In this document: in pieces, positions 26,156 to 36,110 of the stretch
Position numbering within the stretch: the first letter of the stretch is position 1
Layout of the letters: the number at the start of each line of letters is the position of its first letter
Assembly (NCBI GenBank): GCA_965202985.1
Contig: CBDBCF010000001.1
Location: forward strand, 1,344,001 to 1,408,000
Origin: Longimicrobiales bacterium
GTDB taxonomy: Bacteria > Gemmatimonadota > Gemmatimonadetes > Longimicrobiales > Gaopeijiaceae
Direction of reading: 5' to 3'
DNA length: 64,000 nt
Made by a program: the position numbers and the translations under genes
The notes under the pieces: generated by a model
Told to the model about the DNA's origin: nothing
Database searches by the model: none
What the model saw: only the letters and a program-made list of their open reading frames with translations

Positions 26156-28681
26156 GTGCGAATAGACGACTATTGCAAGCTCGCCGCAGTCCTGTGCCTC
26201 GCTGGAACTCTGGCCAGCTGCGCGCCCGAATCGCCCTCGTCCGGCGCCCTGGGCTCGGGCGCGGTGGCGCCTCGCGAAGGCTACGGGGAAGTGGCCGGGC
26301 GCTTGGGCGCCGTGATCGAGCGCGAGCGCGAACAGAAGGACTTGGCCGCCGTCTCGATTGCGCTGGTGGACGGCGAGGGCGTCGTCTGGGCCGCCGGCTT
26401 CGGCGAGGAGTCGCCGGGAGTTCCCGCCACGGCCGAGACCGTCTATCGGGTCGGCTCGGTGTCGAAGCTGTTCACGGACATCGCCATCATGCAGCTGGCG
26501 GAGGCGGGCGAACTGGACATCGACGCGCCCGTGCGCCGCTACTTGCCCGAGTTTGCGCCGGCGGGCGTCGGGGATGCGCCGATCACGCTGCGCCAGCTCA
26601 TGTCGCACCGTTCCGGCTTGGTCCGAGAGCCGCCTGCCGGGCACTACTTCGACGACTCGGGCGCGACGCTTGCAGCCACGGTGGCCAGCTTGTCCGGCGT
26701 GCCGCTGGTCTACGAGCCCGGAACTCGCACCAAGTACTCCAACGCCGGCGTTGCCGTGGCCGGCTACGTGCTGGAGGCGACCCAAGGCGAACCCTTCGCC
26801 CAGTACGTCAAGCACGCCCTGCTGCAGCCGCTGGGAATGGACAACACGGCCTTCGCCCCCGACCCGATGGTCGTGGCCAAGCTGGCGCGGGCGTACATGT
26901 GGGGCTTCGACCGGGACCGGTTCGACGCGCCGCAGTTCGAGCTGGGGATGGCCCCCGCGGGCAGCATGTATTCGACCGTCCTGGACTTGGCGCGCTTCAT
27001 GGACGCCATGTTCCGCCGGGGCCAAGGCGAGAACGCGCCCATCCTGGAAGCCGAGACGCTGGAATCCATGTGGGAGCCGCAGGAAGAGACCGGCTACGGC
27101 CTGGGCTTTCGCTTGACTGAGCGCTTCGGCGAGCGATGGCTTGGGCACGGCGGGGCCATCTACGGCTTCTCCACGCAGCTGGCGTTCCTGCCCGACGCGG
27201 GGCTGGGCGTCGTGGTGGTGTCGGCGGTGGACGGCACCAACACGGTCGCGAGCCGGGTGGCGGATGCCGCCCTTGCGCTCATGTTGGCGGTGCGCGCAGG
27301 AGACGCCCTTCCCGAGCAGCCATTGCGCGGCACGGAACCCTTGGACCCGGTGGCGGCTCTCGATCTCGAAGGCGTGTACGGCGCCGGCGCCCACGCTCTT
27401 GAGCTGGACGAACGCAACGGCCGGCTCTTCTTGACGCCCGCCCGAGGCGGCTTCACCGTGGAGGTGCGTATGCAGGGCGGCGGAGCGGGCGACAGCTCGG
27501 ACGGCGACGCCTCCGACAGCGCCCCCCGCGACACCTTGGTCGTGGACGACCGGCTGGCGTTCGGCGCGCGCTTCCTGCCGGCCGACGAGGGGCTGGTCGT
27601 GCTGGACGACGGCGGGTTGCTGGGCCTGGGTTCGGGCGGCAGGGCGGCAACCGGCGACTCGGCTGGAAGCAGCGACGGCGGCCAGTCCCCGCTGGTCCTG
27701 TCGCGCCAGTCCCCTCGGGGACTCCCGCCCGCGCCTCCCGACCATTGGACGGGCCTCGTGGGCGAGTACGGCTGGGACCACAACGTCTTGTACATCTTGG
27801 AACGGGCCGGCCGGCTCCATGCGCTGATCGAGTGGTTCTTCCTGTATCCGCTCGAAGAGCTGTCGCCGGACGTCTATGCCTTTCCGGAAGACTGGGGACT
27901 GTACCACGGCGAGCGACTGGTCTTTGCCCGGGACGCCGACGGCAGAGCCGCGTCGGTAGAGGCGGCTTCGGTGGTCTTCCCACGCCGCGAAGTGGGGACC
28001 GAGGCGGGCGGCACCTTCCGGATCGAACCCGTGCGTCCGGTGGAGGCGTTGCGAGCCGAGGCGCTGGCCGCGTCGCCGCCCGAGGAGGAGGGGCAGCGAT
28101 TCCGGGATTCGGAGCTGGTCGAGGTGGCGGAGTTGGAGCCGGGGATTCGCTTGGACGTGCGCTACGCGACGACCAACAACTTCATGTCGTCCGTCTTCTA
28201 CGACGAGCCGCGGGTCTTTCTCCAGAGTCCGGCGGCGGAGGCCGTGGTCCGCGCCCATCGGGCCCTTGCGCCGCACGGCTACGGACTTCTCCTTCACGAC
28301 GGCTACCGGCCCTGGTACGTGACCAAGATGTTCTGGGACGCCACGCCCGAATCCCAGAAGCTGTTCGTGGCCAACCCGGCCAACGGCTCTCGGCACAATC
28401 GAGGCTCGGCGATCGACCTCAACTTGTACGATTTGGCCACGGGCGACCCCGTCGAGATGGTGGGCGGCTACGACGAGTTCTCGCCCCGCTCGTTCCCAGA
28501 CTACCCGGGCGGCACGTCCCGGCAACGATGGCTGCGCGAGCTCCTTCGGCGCGCCATGGAGGCGCAAGGGTTCACGGTCTACGAAGCCGAGTGGTGGCAC
28601 TTCGACCACGAGGACTGGCGTCGGTACGCCATACAAAACGCCACCTTCGACCAGCTGGCGGGCCAACCGACGAGCCGCTGA
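26156..28681 (+). CDS. Lipoprotein: serine beta-lactamase-like hydrolase fused to a VanX/M15D D-Ala-D-Ala dipeptidase
   Basis: LASC lipobox; SVSK, YSN, HGG; C-terminal DGYRP, SRHNRGSAIDL, EAEWWHF. Confidence 0.88.
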   Translation: MRIDDYCKLAAVLCLAGTLASCAPESPSSGALGSGAVAPREGYGEVAGRLGAVIEREREQKDLAAVSIALVDGEGVVWAAGFGEESPGVPATAETVYRVGSVSKLFTDIAIMQLAEAGELDIDAPVRRYLPEFAPAGVGDAPITLRQLMSHRSGLVREPPAGHYFDDSGATLAATVASLSGVPLVYEPGTRTKYSNAGVAVAGYVLEATQGEPFAQYVKHALLQPLGMDNTAFAPDPMVVAKLARAYMWGFDRDRFDAPQFELGMAPAGSMYSTVLDLARFMDAMFRRGQGENAPILEAETLESMWEPQEETGYGLGFRLTERFGERWLGHGGAIYGFSTQLAFLPDAGLGVVVVSAVDGTNTVASRVADAALALMLAVRAGDALPEQPLRGTEPLDPVAALDLEGVYGAGAHALELDERNGRLFLTPARGGFTVEVRMQGGGAGDSSDGDASDSAPRDTLVVDDRLAFGARFLPADEGLVVLDDGGLLGLGSGGRAATGDSAGSSDGGQSPLVLSRQSPRGLPPAPPDHWTGLVGEYGWDHNVLYILERAGRLHALIEWFFLYPLEELSPDVYAFPEDWGLYHGERLVFARDADGRAASVEAASVVFPRREVGTEAGGTFRIEPVRPVEALRAEALAASPPEEEGQRFRDSELVEVAELEPGIRLDVRYATTNNFMSSVFYDEPRVFLQSPAAEAVVRAHRALAPHGYGLLLHDGYRPWYVTKMFWDATPESQKLFVANPANGSRHNRGSAIDLNLYDLATGDPVEMVGGYDEFSPRSFPDYPGGTSRQRWLRELLRRAMEAQGFTVYEAEWWHFDHEDWRRYAIQNATFDQLAGQPTSR

Positions 28682-28686
28682 CCTCC

Positions 28687-29628
28687 TTGCGCTCGCGCAA
28701 CTCGGCGGCCGCGAACGCGGGCCTGCTTCTGGTCGTCCTCATCTGGGGCTTCAACTTCCCCATCATGAAAGCGGCGCTGGACCACGTGCCTCCGCTGGCC
28801 TTCAACGCGCTCCGCTTTCCGTTGGCGGCGGCCACGCTGGCGGTCGTGCTGCGTCTGCAAGGCCGGCGTCTTGTGCCGCGCCGCAGAGACTGGGGCAAGG
28901 TCGCGGCGCTGGGCGCATTGGGGCACGTGGTCTTCCAGGTTTGCTTCGTCTTCTCTCTTGACCTGACGCTGACCGGCAATGCAGCGCTGCTGCTGGCCAC
29001 TTCGCCGGTGTGGGTCGTACTGCTGGGGACGGCGATGGGCCGCGAGCGCTTCAATCCGTGGGCGCTGTGGGGCTCCTTGATCACGTTGGCGGGCATGGCG
29101 CTGCTGATCGCCGGGGGCGACAGGGGCGAGTCGAGCGGGGCCGGGGCCGGCGGGAGCGGCGGCAACCTCTACGGCGACCTGCTCATGGTGGGCGCGGCCG
29201 TGAGCTGGGCGCTCTACACCGTGCTGGGGAGGCGGGCGGTCAAGCGTCACGGGGCCTTGGAGGTGACGGGCTGGGCCATGTGGGCGGGGGCGCCGCTGGT
29301 CGTGGCGGCGGGTGTGCCCGATCTGTGGCGAGTCGGCTTGGGGTCGATCGGCCTGGTCGCCTGGGGAGCTGCCGCGTACGCCGGCGTGCTGGCCGTGGCC
29401 GTGGCGTACTTCCTGTGGTATCGGGCGGTGGGCGCCATCGGCCAAAGTCGCACCGCCGTCTACCAGAACTTGGTGCCCGTAGTGGCCCTGGGGGCGGCGT
29501 GGCTATGGCTGAACGAGACGCCCGGGGCCGCGCAATGGGCGGGCGCGACGGTGATCTTGGCCGGCCTGCTGGTGGCGCGCCGGGAGCGGCGCCGGGAGCG
29601 CGCGCGGCGCGTCCCTTCCCAGGGGTAG
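28687..29628 (+). CDS. EamA/DMT family transporter (start approximate)
   Basis: IWGFNF...LRF.LA, GDLLMVGAAVSWALYTVL, NLVPVVAL; about 10 TM helices. Confidence 0.88.
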   Translation: MRSRNSAAANAGLLLVVLIWGFNFPIMKAALDHVPPLAFNALRFPLAAATLAVVLRLQGRRLVPRRRDWGKVAALGALGHVVFQVCFVFSLDLTLTGNAALLLATSPVWVVLLGTAMGRERFNPWALWGSLITLAGMALLIAGGDRGESSGAGAGGSGGNLYGDLLMVGAAVSWALYTVLGRRAVKRHGALEVTGWAMWAGAPLVVAAGVPDLWRVGLGSIGLVAWGAAAYAGVLAVAVAYFLWYRAVGAIGQSRTAVYQNLVPVVALGAAWLWLNETPGAAQWAGATVILAGLLVARRERRRERARRVPSQG

Positions 29629-29970
29629 CCACACCCCTTCCCAATAGCATTACATTTTCGCGTTCCACAATCTGCACGGTCCGCGGACCAGCGTCTCCGC
29701 TCCCGCCAACAGGTCGACCGGTCGCCACGGCCAGTCGGTCGTCTCCCGCCCCACTTCAAGCAGGGAAATCTCTCTGCTCTTCACGGCCTCCGCCTCCTGC
29801 GGAAGCCGGCACTTTTCCCCGGTCTTGGAACCCTCCGTCCGCGGCTGCCTTGCGCACCGCCGGCGAGCCCTCCAAGGCCGGCGTGCACAGCCGATCGCCA
29901 AGACGCATCTGCAAGCCACCGGTGCACCCGCAAGCCACTCGTGCACCCATAGATCAAGGAAGAAGACGCC

Positions 29971-30969
29971 ATGTCGAACACTCACGCGAGGACCCCCGCG
30001 CACTACCCCCGCCCCCGGCTCGCCCCTGGCCAGAGCGCCTGGACGATCGACGCGGGCCTGATCCTGATCGCCGTCATCTGGGGGCTCAACTTCCCGCTGG
30101 TAAAGATCGCCCTGCGGGAGATGGAGCCGCTGGTCGTGAACGCGATCCGCTACCCGTTGGCGGCGCTGACGGTGACGCTGCTGCTGCGGATGCAAGGGCG
30201 CAGGCTGGCGCCCCGCCGTCGGCACTGGCCCCGAGTGCTGTTCCTGGGGCTGATCGGCCACGTGATCTATCAGGTCCTCTTCATCTACGCGCTGGACTGG
30301 ACGTTGACGGGAAACGCCGCGCTCATCCTGGCCACGGCGCCGGTGTGGATCGTGTTCCTGTCGACGGTCATGGGGAAGGAGCGGTACAGCCCGCCGGTGC
30401 TCTACGGGGCGCTGACCACGCTCGCCGGCATGGTGCTCCTGATCGCCAACGGCTCCGCGAGCTTGGGCGCCAGCATGCGCGGCGACTTGCTGATGGTCGT
30501 GGCCACGATCTTCTGGTCGCTCTACACGGTGCTCGCGCGGCGCGCGATTAAGCGACACGGCGCCTTGGAGGTGACCGGCTGGTCGCTGTGGGCGGCCACG
30601 CCGTTCGTGTTCGCGGCCGGCGTTCCCGGCATGGTGCGGGGCGACTTGGCCGGCGTGTCGGTCAGCAGCTGGATGGCCGTAGTGTACGCGGGCGTGCTGA
30701 CGGTGGCGATCGGGTATTTCGTTTGGTACCGGGCGGTGGGCGTGCTGGGCCAGAGCCGCACGTCGGTCTACGCGAACCTGGTCCCGGTGATCACGCTGCT
30801 GGCGGCCTGGGCGTGGCTGGGCGAAACGCCGACGGCGGCGCAGCTGGTGGGCACCGGGGTGATCCTGGCCGGCCTGGTCGTGGCGCGCCGGGGGCCCAAG
30901 ATGCGAGCGGGCGACCGGATGCGGGCGCAGGGGCTCGGGCAGCGGCCCCTTCAGCCTACCGGTCGGTGA
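29971..30969 (+). CDS. EamA/DMT family transporter, paralogue of the upstream gene
   Basis: IWGLNFP, TLTGNAALILAT, KRHGALEVTGW, GQSRTSVYANLVPV; AAGGA RBS. Confidence 0.9.
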   Translation: MSNTHARTPAHYPRPRLAPGQSAWTIDAGLILIAVIWGLNFPLVKIALREMEPLVVNAIRYPLAALTVTLLLRMQGRRLAPRRRHWPRVLFLGLIGHVIYQVLFIYALDWTLTGNAALILATAPVWIVFLSTVMGKERYSPPVLYGALTTLAGMVLLIANGSASLGASMRGDLLMVVATIFWSLYTVLARRAIKRHGALEVTGWSLWAATPFVFAAGVPGMVRGDLAGVSVSSWMAVVYAGVLTVAIGYFVWYRAVGVLGQSRTSVYANLVPVITLLAAWAWLGETPTAAQLVGTGVILAGLVVARRGPKMRAGDRMRAQGLGQRPLQPTGR

Positions 30970-33900
30970 CGATCAGCATCCCCCTTGCCTGCAACATGCG
31001 GTTCAGGTCGGCCACTTCGCTCTCCATGAGCGCGTCCAGGGCGGAAAGGTGCTCGCGCAGCATGTCGCGCAGTCGGACCTTCACTTCCAGCTCTTGGTCG
31101 GTAGGGGGGAAGTCCGCGACGGAGATGCCGCCGGTCAGGTAGCCCAGCTTCTGCAGAAGCTTGGCCTCGAAGCGGACGCCGTCCTGTCCCTGTCCCGTGA
31201 GGCGCAGGTCCACCATCTCCATCTGCAGGTCGACCATGCGGCCGTCCAGCGCGGCGATCGCGTCGGCCAGCGCCTGGTCGTCCGCGAAGCGCGCCAAGGT
31301 GGCCAACTGCACGCGCACCGCCTCCACGCGATCCACCGCCATGCCGGCTTCCACGAAATCGGCGCGCACGTCGCGCAGGAACGCCACCTGGGCCGCGATG
31401 TCGGCTTCGCTGCCCGCCGAGTGCGGGTCCTTGATCACGGTCAGGGGCTGTTCGTGGACGGCGTCGCCGACGGTCAGGCGGACGGTGTAGCGACCCGGCG
31501 GCATGAGGATCGCGATCTGCCGAGAGCCGGGGGCAGGGCGTCCTTCGCTGCCGACTGCGATGTGGTCGGCGTAGAGGGGGCTCGTCAATAGCTGGACGGG
31601 CTCGTTAGGCTCGTCGCGGAGGTTCCAGTGCACGCGGTTGACCCCAGGCTGGCCGGGGGCCTCCAACGTGCGCACCACCGCGCCTGCGGCGTCCACGATC
31701 TCGACTAAGGGCGCGGCCTCCTGGTCTTCCGAGCCCTCCGCGGCGGCAGGTGCCAGCCAGTAGTTGATCGACGCGCCGTACTCGGGATCGCGTCCTTCGG
31801 TGGGGTCGCTGTAGGGCACCGACGGCGGCGTGATCGGCCGGAAGCGGTAGGCGTCGCGGGGCGCGAACAAGTGGGACGCGGACGCCACGACTTCGGCCGT
31901 GGCCTGCTGCAACGGCGACAAGTCGTCCAGAATCCAGAAGCCGCGACCGTACGTGCCCACGACCAGGTCGTTGAAGTGTTCTTGGACGACGATCCCCGAC
32001 ACCGGCGCGTGGGGAAGGTTGTTCTGCAGCGGCTGCCAGCTGTCGCCGTGGTCGAAGGAGACGTAGATGGCGTTCTCGGTGCCGGCGTAGAGCAGGCCGG
32101 GCCGCTTCGGGTCCTCCACGACGACTTTGGTGTAGCTGAGCATCGTCGGCGGAATGCCGTCGGTGATCTTGTCCCACGACTGGCCGTAGTCGCGCGTGCG
32201 GTAGAGGTGCGGATCGCGGATGTTGACCTGATGGCCGTCGGCGGCCAGGTAGGCGGTGCCGGCGTCGTGTCGGGACGGGGCGATGCTTCGCACGGCGATC
32301 CATTCCGGCAGCCCGGAGACGTTGGCGGTCACGTCGGTCCACGTAGCGCCGCCGTCGCGGGTCAGATGCACAAGTCCGTCGTTGGTGCCGGCCCAGATCA
32401 GCCCTGCTTCGACGGGCGACTCGGCGATGCCGAACACCGTGCCCGCGTATTCGACGCCGATGTTGTCGCCGGTCAGGCCGCCCGAGAGGCCCATGCGGCT
32501 CTGGTCGTTCAGGGTCAGGTCGGGGCTGATCACCTCCCAGCTCTGGCCGCCGTTTCGCGTGCGGTGCACGTGCTGGCTGCCTACGTAGACCGTGTTGGCG
32601 TCGTGGGGCGAGATGTGGATCGGCGCGTCCCATATGAAGCGGTAGCGCACGCCCGACGCCGCGCCCCGGCTCTGCTCCGGCCACACTTCGACCGACCGGA
32701 ACTGGCGTCGCGCCTCTTCGTAGCGCACCACGATGCCGCCCACCATGCCCGATCCCGAAGCCGACGACCACACAATGTTCGGATCGGTCGGGTCGGGCGT
32801 GGCCCAGCCGCTCTCGCCGCCGCCCACGTGGTGCCACATGCCCCTAGGGATGCCGGTGATGCGGCGCTGTCCCATGATGCGGCTGTTGCTGGGGCCGCGG
32901 TACGTGGGTTCGTCCTGCTTGTTGCCCAGCACGTTGTAGGGGATCGCGTTGTCCACCGTCACGTGGTACATCTGCGCGTTGGTGAGGCGCTGGCGGAACC
33001 AGGACTTCCCTCGATTGCCCGAGATCGACAGCCCTTGGTCGTGGGCCACGATCATGCGGTCGGCGTCGGCCGGGTCGATCCACATGTCGTGATGGTCGCC
33101 CCCCGGCGCCTGGCGACGCGGCACCACGCCCAGCGTGCGCCCGCCGTCGGTGGACACCGCGAACGAAGCGGTCAGGAAGTACGCCTCGTCCTCGTCGGAG
33201 GGCGACACGACCACTCGCGAATAGTAGTGCGGCCTGCCCATCGCGTTGCGGTTGCGCGTGATCAGCGCCCAAGTGCGCCCGCCGTCTTCGGAACGCCAGA
33301 CCTGCCCGTCCTCCGTCTCGCGCCCCTCCCACGGAATGCCGTCGCCCGTTTCGAGCATGGCGTAGACCCGGCGCGGGTTGGACGGCGCGACCGCCACCGC
33401 CACCTTGCCCACCGGCTTCTCGGGCAAGCCGATGCCGTTGTCCGGCCCCGACAGCCGGCGCCACGTGTCCCCGCCGTCGCGCGAGACGTGAAGGCCGCCG
33501 CCCGGTCCGCCGCTGGTGCGCCCCCACGTGTGAATCTCCAGCTGCCACGTGCCCGCGAAGAGGATGCGCGGGTTGGTCGGGTCCATCGCCACGTCGGAGC
33601 AGCCCGTGTCCTCGTCCACGAACAGGACCCGCTCCCAGTTGGCGCCGCCGTCGGTGGTGCGGAAGAGCCCGCGTTCCTGCTGCGGACCGTAGGCGTGGCC
33701 CAGCGCGCACGCGAACACGACGTCCGGGTCCGACGGATGCACCACCAGTCGCGGAATCCGCCCCGTCTGCTCCAACCCCATGAGCGTCCAGGTCCTCCCC
33801 GCGTCCACCGACTTGTAGATGCCCTGCCCGATGGAGACGTGGCTCCGAATCTTCCCTTCCCCCGTGCCGGCCCAGACAATGTTCGGATCGGACGGCGCCA

Positions 33901-34348
33901 CCGCGAGCGCCCCGATCGACTGCACCGGCTGGTCGTCGAAGATCGCGTCCCAGTGCACGCCGCCGTCGGTCGTCTTGTAGACGCCCCCCGAAGCCGCCCC
34001 GACGTAGTACGTGTGCGGATCGCCCGAGATCCCCGCCGCTGCGCTGAACCGGTTCCCCTCCGGCCCGATGTGGCGCCATTCAAGGGCCGTGTAGTCGGCC
34101 GGGGCGGGGGTGGTCTGGGCGGCGAGGGGGGCGGGGATGGGGATGACGAGCGGGAGAGCCGCCGGGGTGGCCAAGAGGGCCAGAGCCGCATGTGTGAAGC
34201 CGCCCTTCGCGAAATTCGGGAGCCGCTGAAGCACGCGGAGCGCCGCGACGAACGCGGACATGGGGGTGCGAACGAGGGCGGCGGGGCTAGGGGTCATGAG
34301 ATGCATGGGCGTCCTTGGGGTTGACGGGCGTTTGTCGGCGAGTCGCAT
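30956..34348 (-). CDS. Large secreted VPS10/sortilin-like BNR-repeat beta-propeller protein (start uncertain)
   Basis: LEWRHIGP, repeated S/T-x-D-G-G-x-T-W Asp-boxes, GDHHDMWIDP, QMYHVTVD, DLVVGTYGRGFWILDD. Confidence 0.88.
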   Translation of the reverse strand: MRLADKRPSTPRTPMHLMTPSPAALVRTPMSAFVAALRVLQRLPNFAKGGFTHAALALLATPAALPLVIPIPAPLAAQTTPAPADYTALEWRHIGPEGNRFSAAAGISGDPHTYYVGAASGGVYKTTDGGVHWDAIFDDQPVQSIGALAVAPSDPNIVWAGTGEGKIRSHVSIGQGIYKSVDAGRTWTLMGLEQTGRIPRLVVHPSDPDVVFACALGHAYGPQQERGLFRTTDGGANWERVLFVDEDTGCSDVAMDPTNPRILFAGTWQLEIHTWGRTSGGPGGGLHVSRDGGDTWRRLSGPDNGIGLPEKPVGKVAVAVAPSNPRRVYAMLETGDGIPWEGRETEDGQVWRSEDGGRTWALITRNRNAMGRPHYYSRVVVSPSDEDEAYFLTASFAVSTDGGRTLGVVPRRQAPGGDHHDMWIDPADADRMIVAHDQGLSISGNRGKSWFRQRLTNAQMYHVTVDNAIPYNVLGNKQDEPTYRGPSNSRIMGQRRITGIPRGMWHHVGGGESGWATPDPTDPNIVWSSASGSGMVGGIVVRYEEARRQFRSVEVWPEQSRGAASGVRYRFIWDAPIHISPHDANTVYVGSQHVHRTRNGGQSWEVISPDLTLNDQSRMGLSGGLTGDNIGVEYAGTVFGIAESPVEAGLIWAGTNDGLVHLTRDGGATWTDVTANVSGLPEWIAVRSIAPSRHDAGTAYLAADGHQVNIRDPHLYRTRDYGQSWDKITDGIPPTMLSYTKVVVEDPKRPGLLYAGTENAIYVSFDHGDSWQPLQNNLPHAPVSGIVVQEHFNDLVVGTYGRGFWILDDLSPLQQATAEVVASASHLFAPRDAYRFRPITPPSVPYSDPTEGRDPEYGASINYWLAPAAAEGSEDQEAAPLVEIVDAAGAVVRTLEAPGQPGVNRVHWNLRDEPNEPVQLLTSPLYADHIAVGSEGRPAPGSRQIAILMPPGRYTVRLTVGDAVHEQPLTVIKDPHSAGSEADIAAQVAFLRDVRADFVEAGMAVDRVEAVRVQLATLARFADDQALADAIAALDGRMVDLQMEMVDLRLTGQGQDGVRFEAKLLQKLGYLTGGISVADFPPTDQELEVKVRLRDMLREHLSALDALMESEVADLNRMLQARGMLIVTDR

Positions 34349-34387
34349 CGTAGAACTGATTGGTTACGAGCTGAGATGGGAAAAGTC

Positions 34388-34469
34388 AAGCCGGGGCGGC
34401 GGGAATCGTGCAGGCGTGGAAGCCGGGGCGGCGGGAATCGTGCAGGCGTGGAACCCGCACCGGCGGGAA
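34388..34469 (+). repeat. 32-bp perfect tandem repeat x2 plus a degenerate partial third copy
   Basis: AAGCCGGGGCGGCGGGAATCGTGCAGGCGTGG at 34388-34419 and 34420-34451, then AACCCGCACCGGCGGGAA. Confidence 0.9.
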
Positions 34470-34553
34470 GAGGAAGATCTCAGCTCAGACGGGATACCGG
34501 GCCACGCCAGACAGATAAGCTCGCCCTCGCCCGAGGTTGTTCCACACCTTGGC

Positions 34554-34582
34554 TTGACCGCCCCCAAAACTACGGTTACCTT
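34554..34582 (+). promoter_or_regulatory. Putative sigma70 promoter of the ParB-nuclease-SNF2 module
   Basis: TTGACC-N17-TACCTT, about 70 nt upstream of ATG 34652. Confidence 0.55.
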
Positions 34583-34651
34583 GCGGGGACCAAGGCGTTC
34601 CCGCTACATTCACCAAGTCTCTGTTCCTCCAACTTTCCGCGAGGCTGCCCA

Positions 34652-35680
34652 ATGTCAGAGAGTTACACGATGCTGGACGTCAACGAGATCGAATTCGACA
34701 CCGACAATCCGAGGATCAAGAAGGCGCTCGAGAAATACGGCGATCGCTTGACCGCCGAGAGGATCCACTTCGCCCTAACCACAGCGGGTACTGCCGCGAC
34801 CGGGGCTTCGTCGTACGCAAGTCTGCGTGATTCCATCCGAGCCGCACGTGGAATCACGATTCCCATTACGGTCGTCACTCGAAACGGCGGCTACACATGC
34901 ATTGACGGTAACACAAGACTCGCCGTCTACAAGGACTTCGTGAGCAAGGGCGAGGAAGGCGACTGGACCACCATCAAGACGATCGTCAGAAGCAACGCAA
35001 AACCCGAGGACATCGAGCGTATTCGAGTATCTGCCCACTTGGTGGGGGCTCGGGAGTGGCCAGCGTACGAGAAGGCGCGCTATTTGCACTACCTCCGCAA
35101 CCAGGAGTTTATGGATTACGGACAAATGATTCAGCTGTGCGGCGGCAACAAGACTGACATAGAACGTCAGATAGAGGCCTACCATGACATGAACCGATTC
35201 TATCGTGATATGGTAGATGACCAAGCATTCAAAATCGATAGATTCAGTGGCTTCGTGGAATTGCAGAAGCCCGGCGTTAAGGAGGCAATATGGACGGCGG
35301 ATTTCGACCTACAGGATTTCGGCAAATGGATCCGGGACGGCAAGATACTTCGGCTACGCGACGTTCGCTGGCTTCCCAAGGTTCTTGACGACCCAGATGC
35401 TAAACAGATATTTCTCGAAGGCGGCCCTAGATCCATAGAGGAAGCAATAAATCTCCTGCGACAGCGCGCAAGGACCACTGCCGCCGAAGCAGGTACCACA
35501 CTGACATCAGCGTCACTATTCCAGTTGGCCGAGGCGCTAGCTCGCAAGGTTGATGAAATGCCCTACTCCGAGGTTCGTGCACTCAAGACGCGGGAGCGAT
35601 CGGAGTTCGACGAAGGCATCGCGACATTGGAACACTTGTCCGCACGTCTCACCGAGCTTCTAGACGATGTCGGAGAGTGA
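34652..35680 (+). CDS. ParB/Srx-like N-terminal domain protein (copy 1)
   Basis: FDTDNPRI, SIRAARGITIPITV, CIDGNTRLA, EWPAYEKA, then an HTH-like helical region. GAGG before ATG 34652. Confidence 0.8.
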   Translation: MSESYTMLDVNEIEFDTDNPRIKKALEKYGDRLTAERIHFALTTAGTAATGASSYASLRDSIRAARGITIPITVVTRNGGYTCIDGNTRLAVYKDFVSKGEEGDWTTIKTIVRSNAKPEDIERIRVSAHLVGAREWPAYEKARYLHYLRNQEFMDYGQMIQLCGGNKTDIERQIEAYHDMNRFYRDMVDDQAFKIDRFSGFVELQKPGVKEAIWTADFDLQDFGKWIRDGKILRLRDVRWLPKVLDDPDAKQIFLEGGPRSIEEAINLLRQRARTTAAEAGTTLTSASLFQLAEALARKVDEMPYSEVRALKTRERSEFDEGIATLEHLSARLTELLDDVGE

Positions 35681-36110
35681 CGTACACCGGTCGCTGGTGC
35701 TCCGAACGGCCAACGCCGTTAGGCAGAAATGCACGCAGTTAGCCACACTCATCACGGACGTACTGGCCAAACCTGGGGATCCTGTTCCGCCACTGGTGGA
35801 GGGATATCGGCCAGACTTATATGGTACTGGCCGTGACAATAGGCTGGTAGTACTTGGTGAGATCGAAACGCTGGCAAGTATGCGATCTCGTCACACCGTT
35901 AGGCAGATTGGAACATTTCTGTGCTATCTCGAGAAACTTTCACTGCATGGATGCCTTGTCTTGGCGGCCGAGGGAAACGGAGCCGATCGTGCTAAGGCGC
36001 TGCTAGGCTTTCTCGTTGCAGAACACTCTATTGAAGTCACTAGTATACTGGTGTACGATGGCTTGGACTTCTGGCACCTTGGCGGTACGGCTCGATGGCG
36101 TTTGCTCTAA
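35667..36110 (+). CDS. Small hypothetical protein, possible PD-(D/E)xK restriction-endonuclease fold
   Basis: N-terminal H-containing helix, GYRPDLY...VVLGEIET (PD...E-x-E). Overlaps both neighbours. Confidence 0.5.
   Translation: MSESDVHRSLVLRTANAVRQKCTQLATLITDVLAKPGDPVPPLVEGYRPDLYGTGRDNRLVVLGEIETLASMRSRHTVRQIGTFLCYLEKLSLHGCLVLAAEGNGADRAKALLGFLVAEHSIEVTSILVYDGLDFWHLGGTARWRLL

Noticed and set aside
20283..28666. Very long ORFs 20283-24305 (+, 1340 aa) and 23990-28666 (-, 1558 aa), and many similar Arg/Pro/Gly-rich ORFs across the window
   Set aside because: Shadow frames of real high-GC genes; no motifs, and they overlap well-supported CDSs.
29629..29970. Riboswitch in the long EamA intergenic region
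   Set aside because: No recognisable cobalamin, TPP, SAM or glycine consensus elements.
34388..34469. 32-bp repeat as a mini-CRISPR
   Set aside because: Copies are directly adjacent with no spacer.
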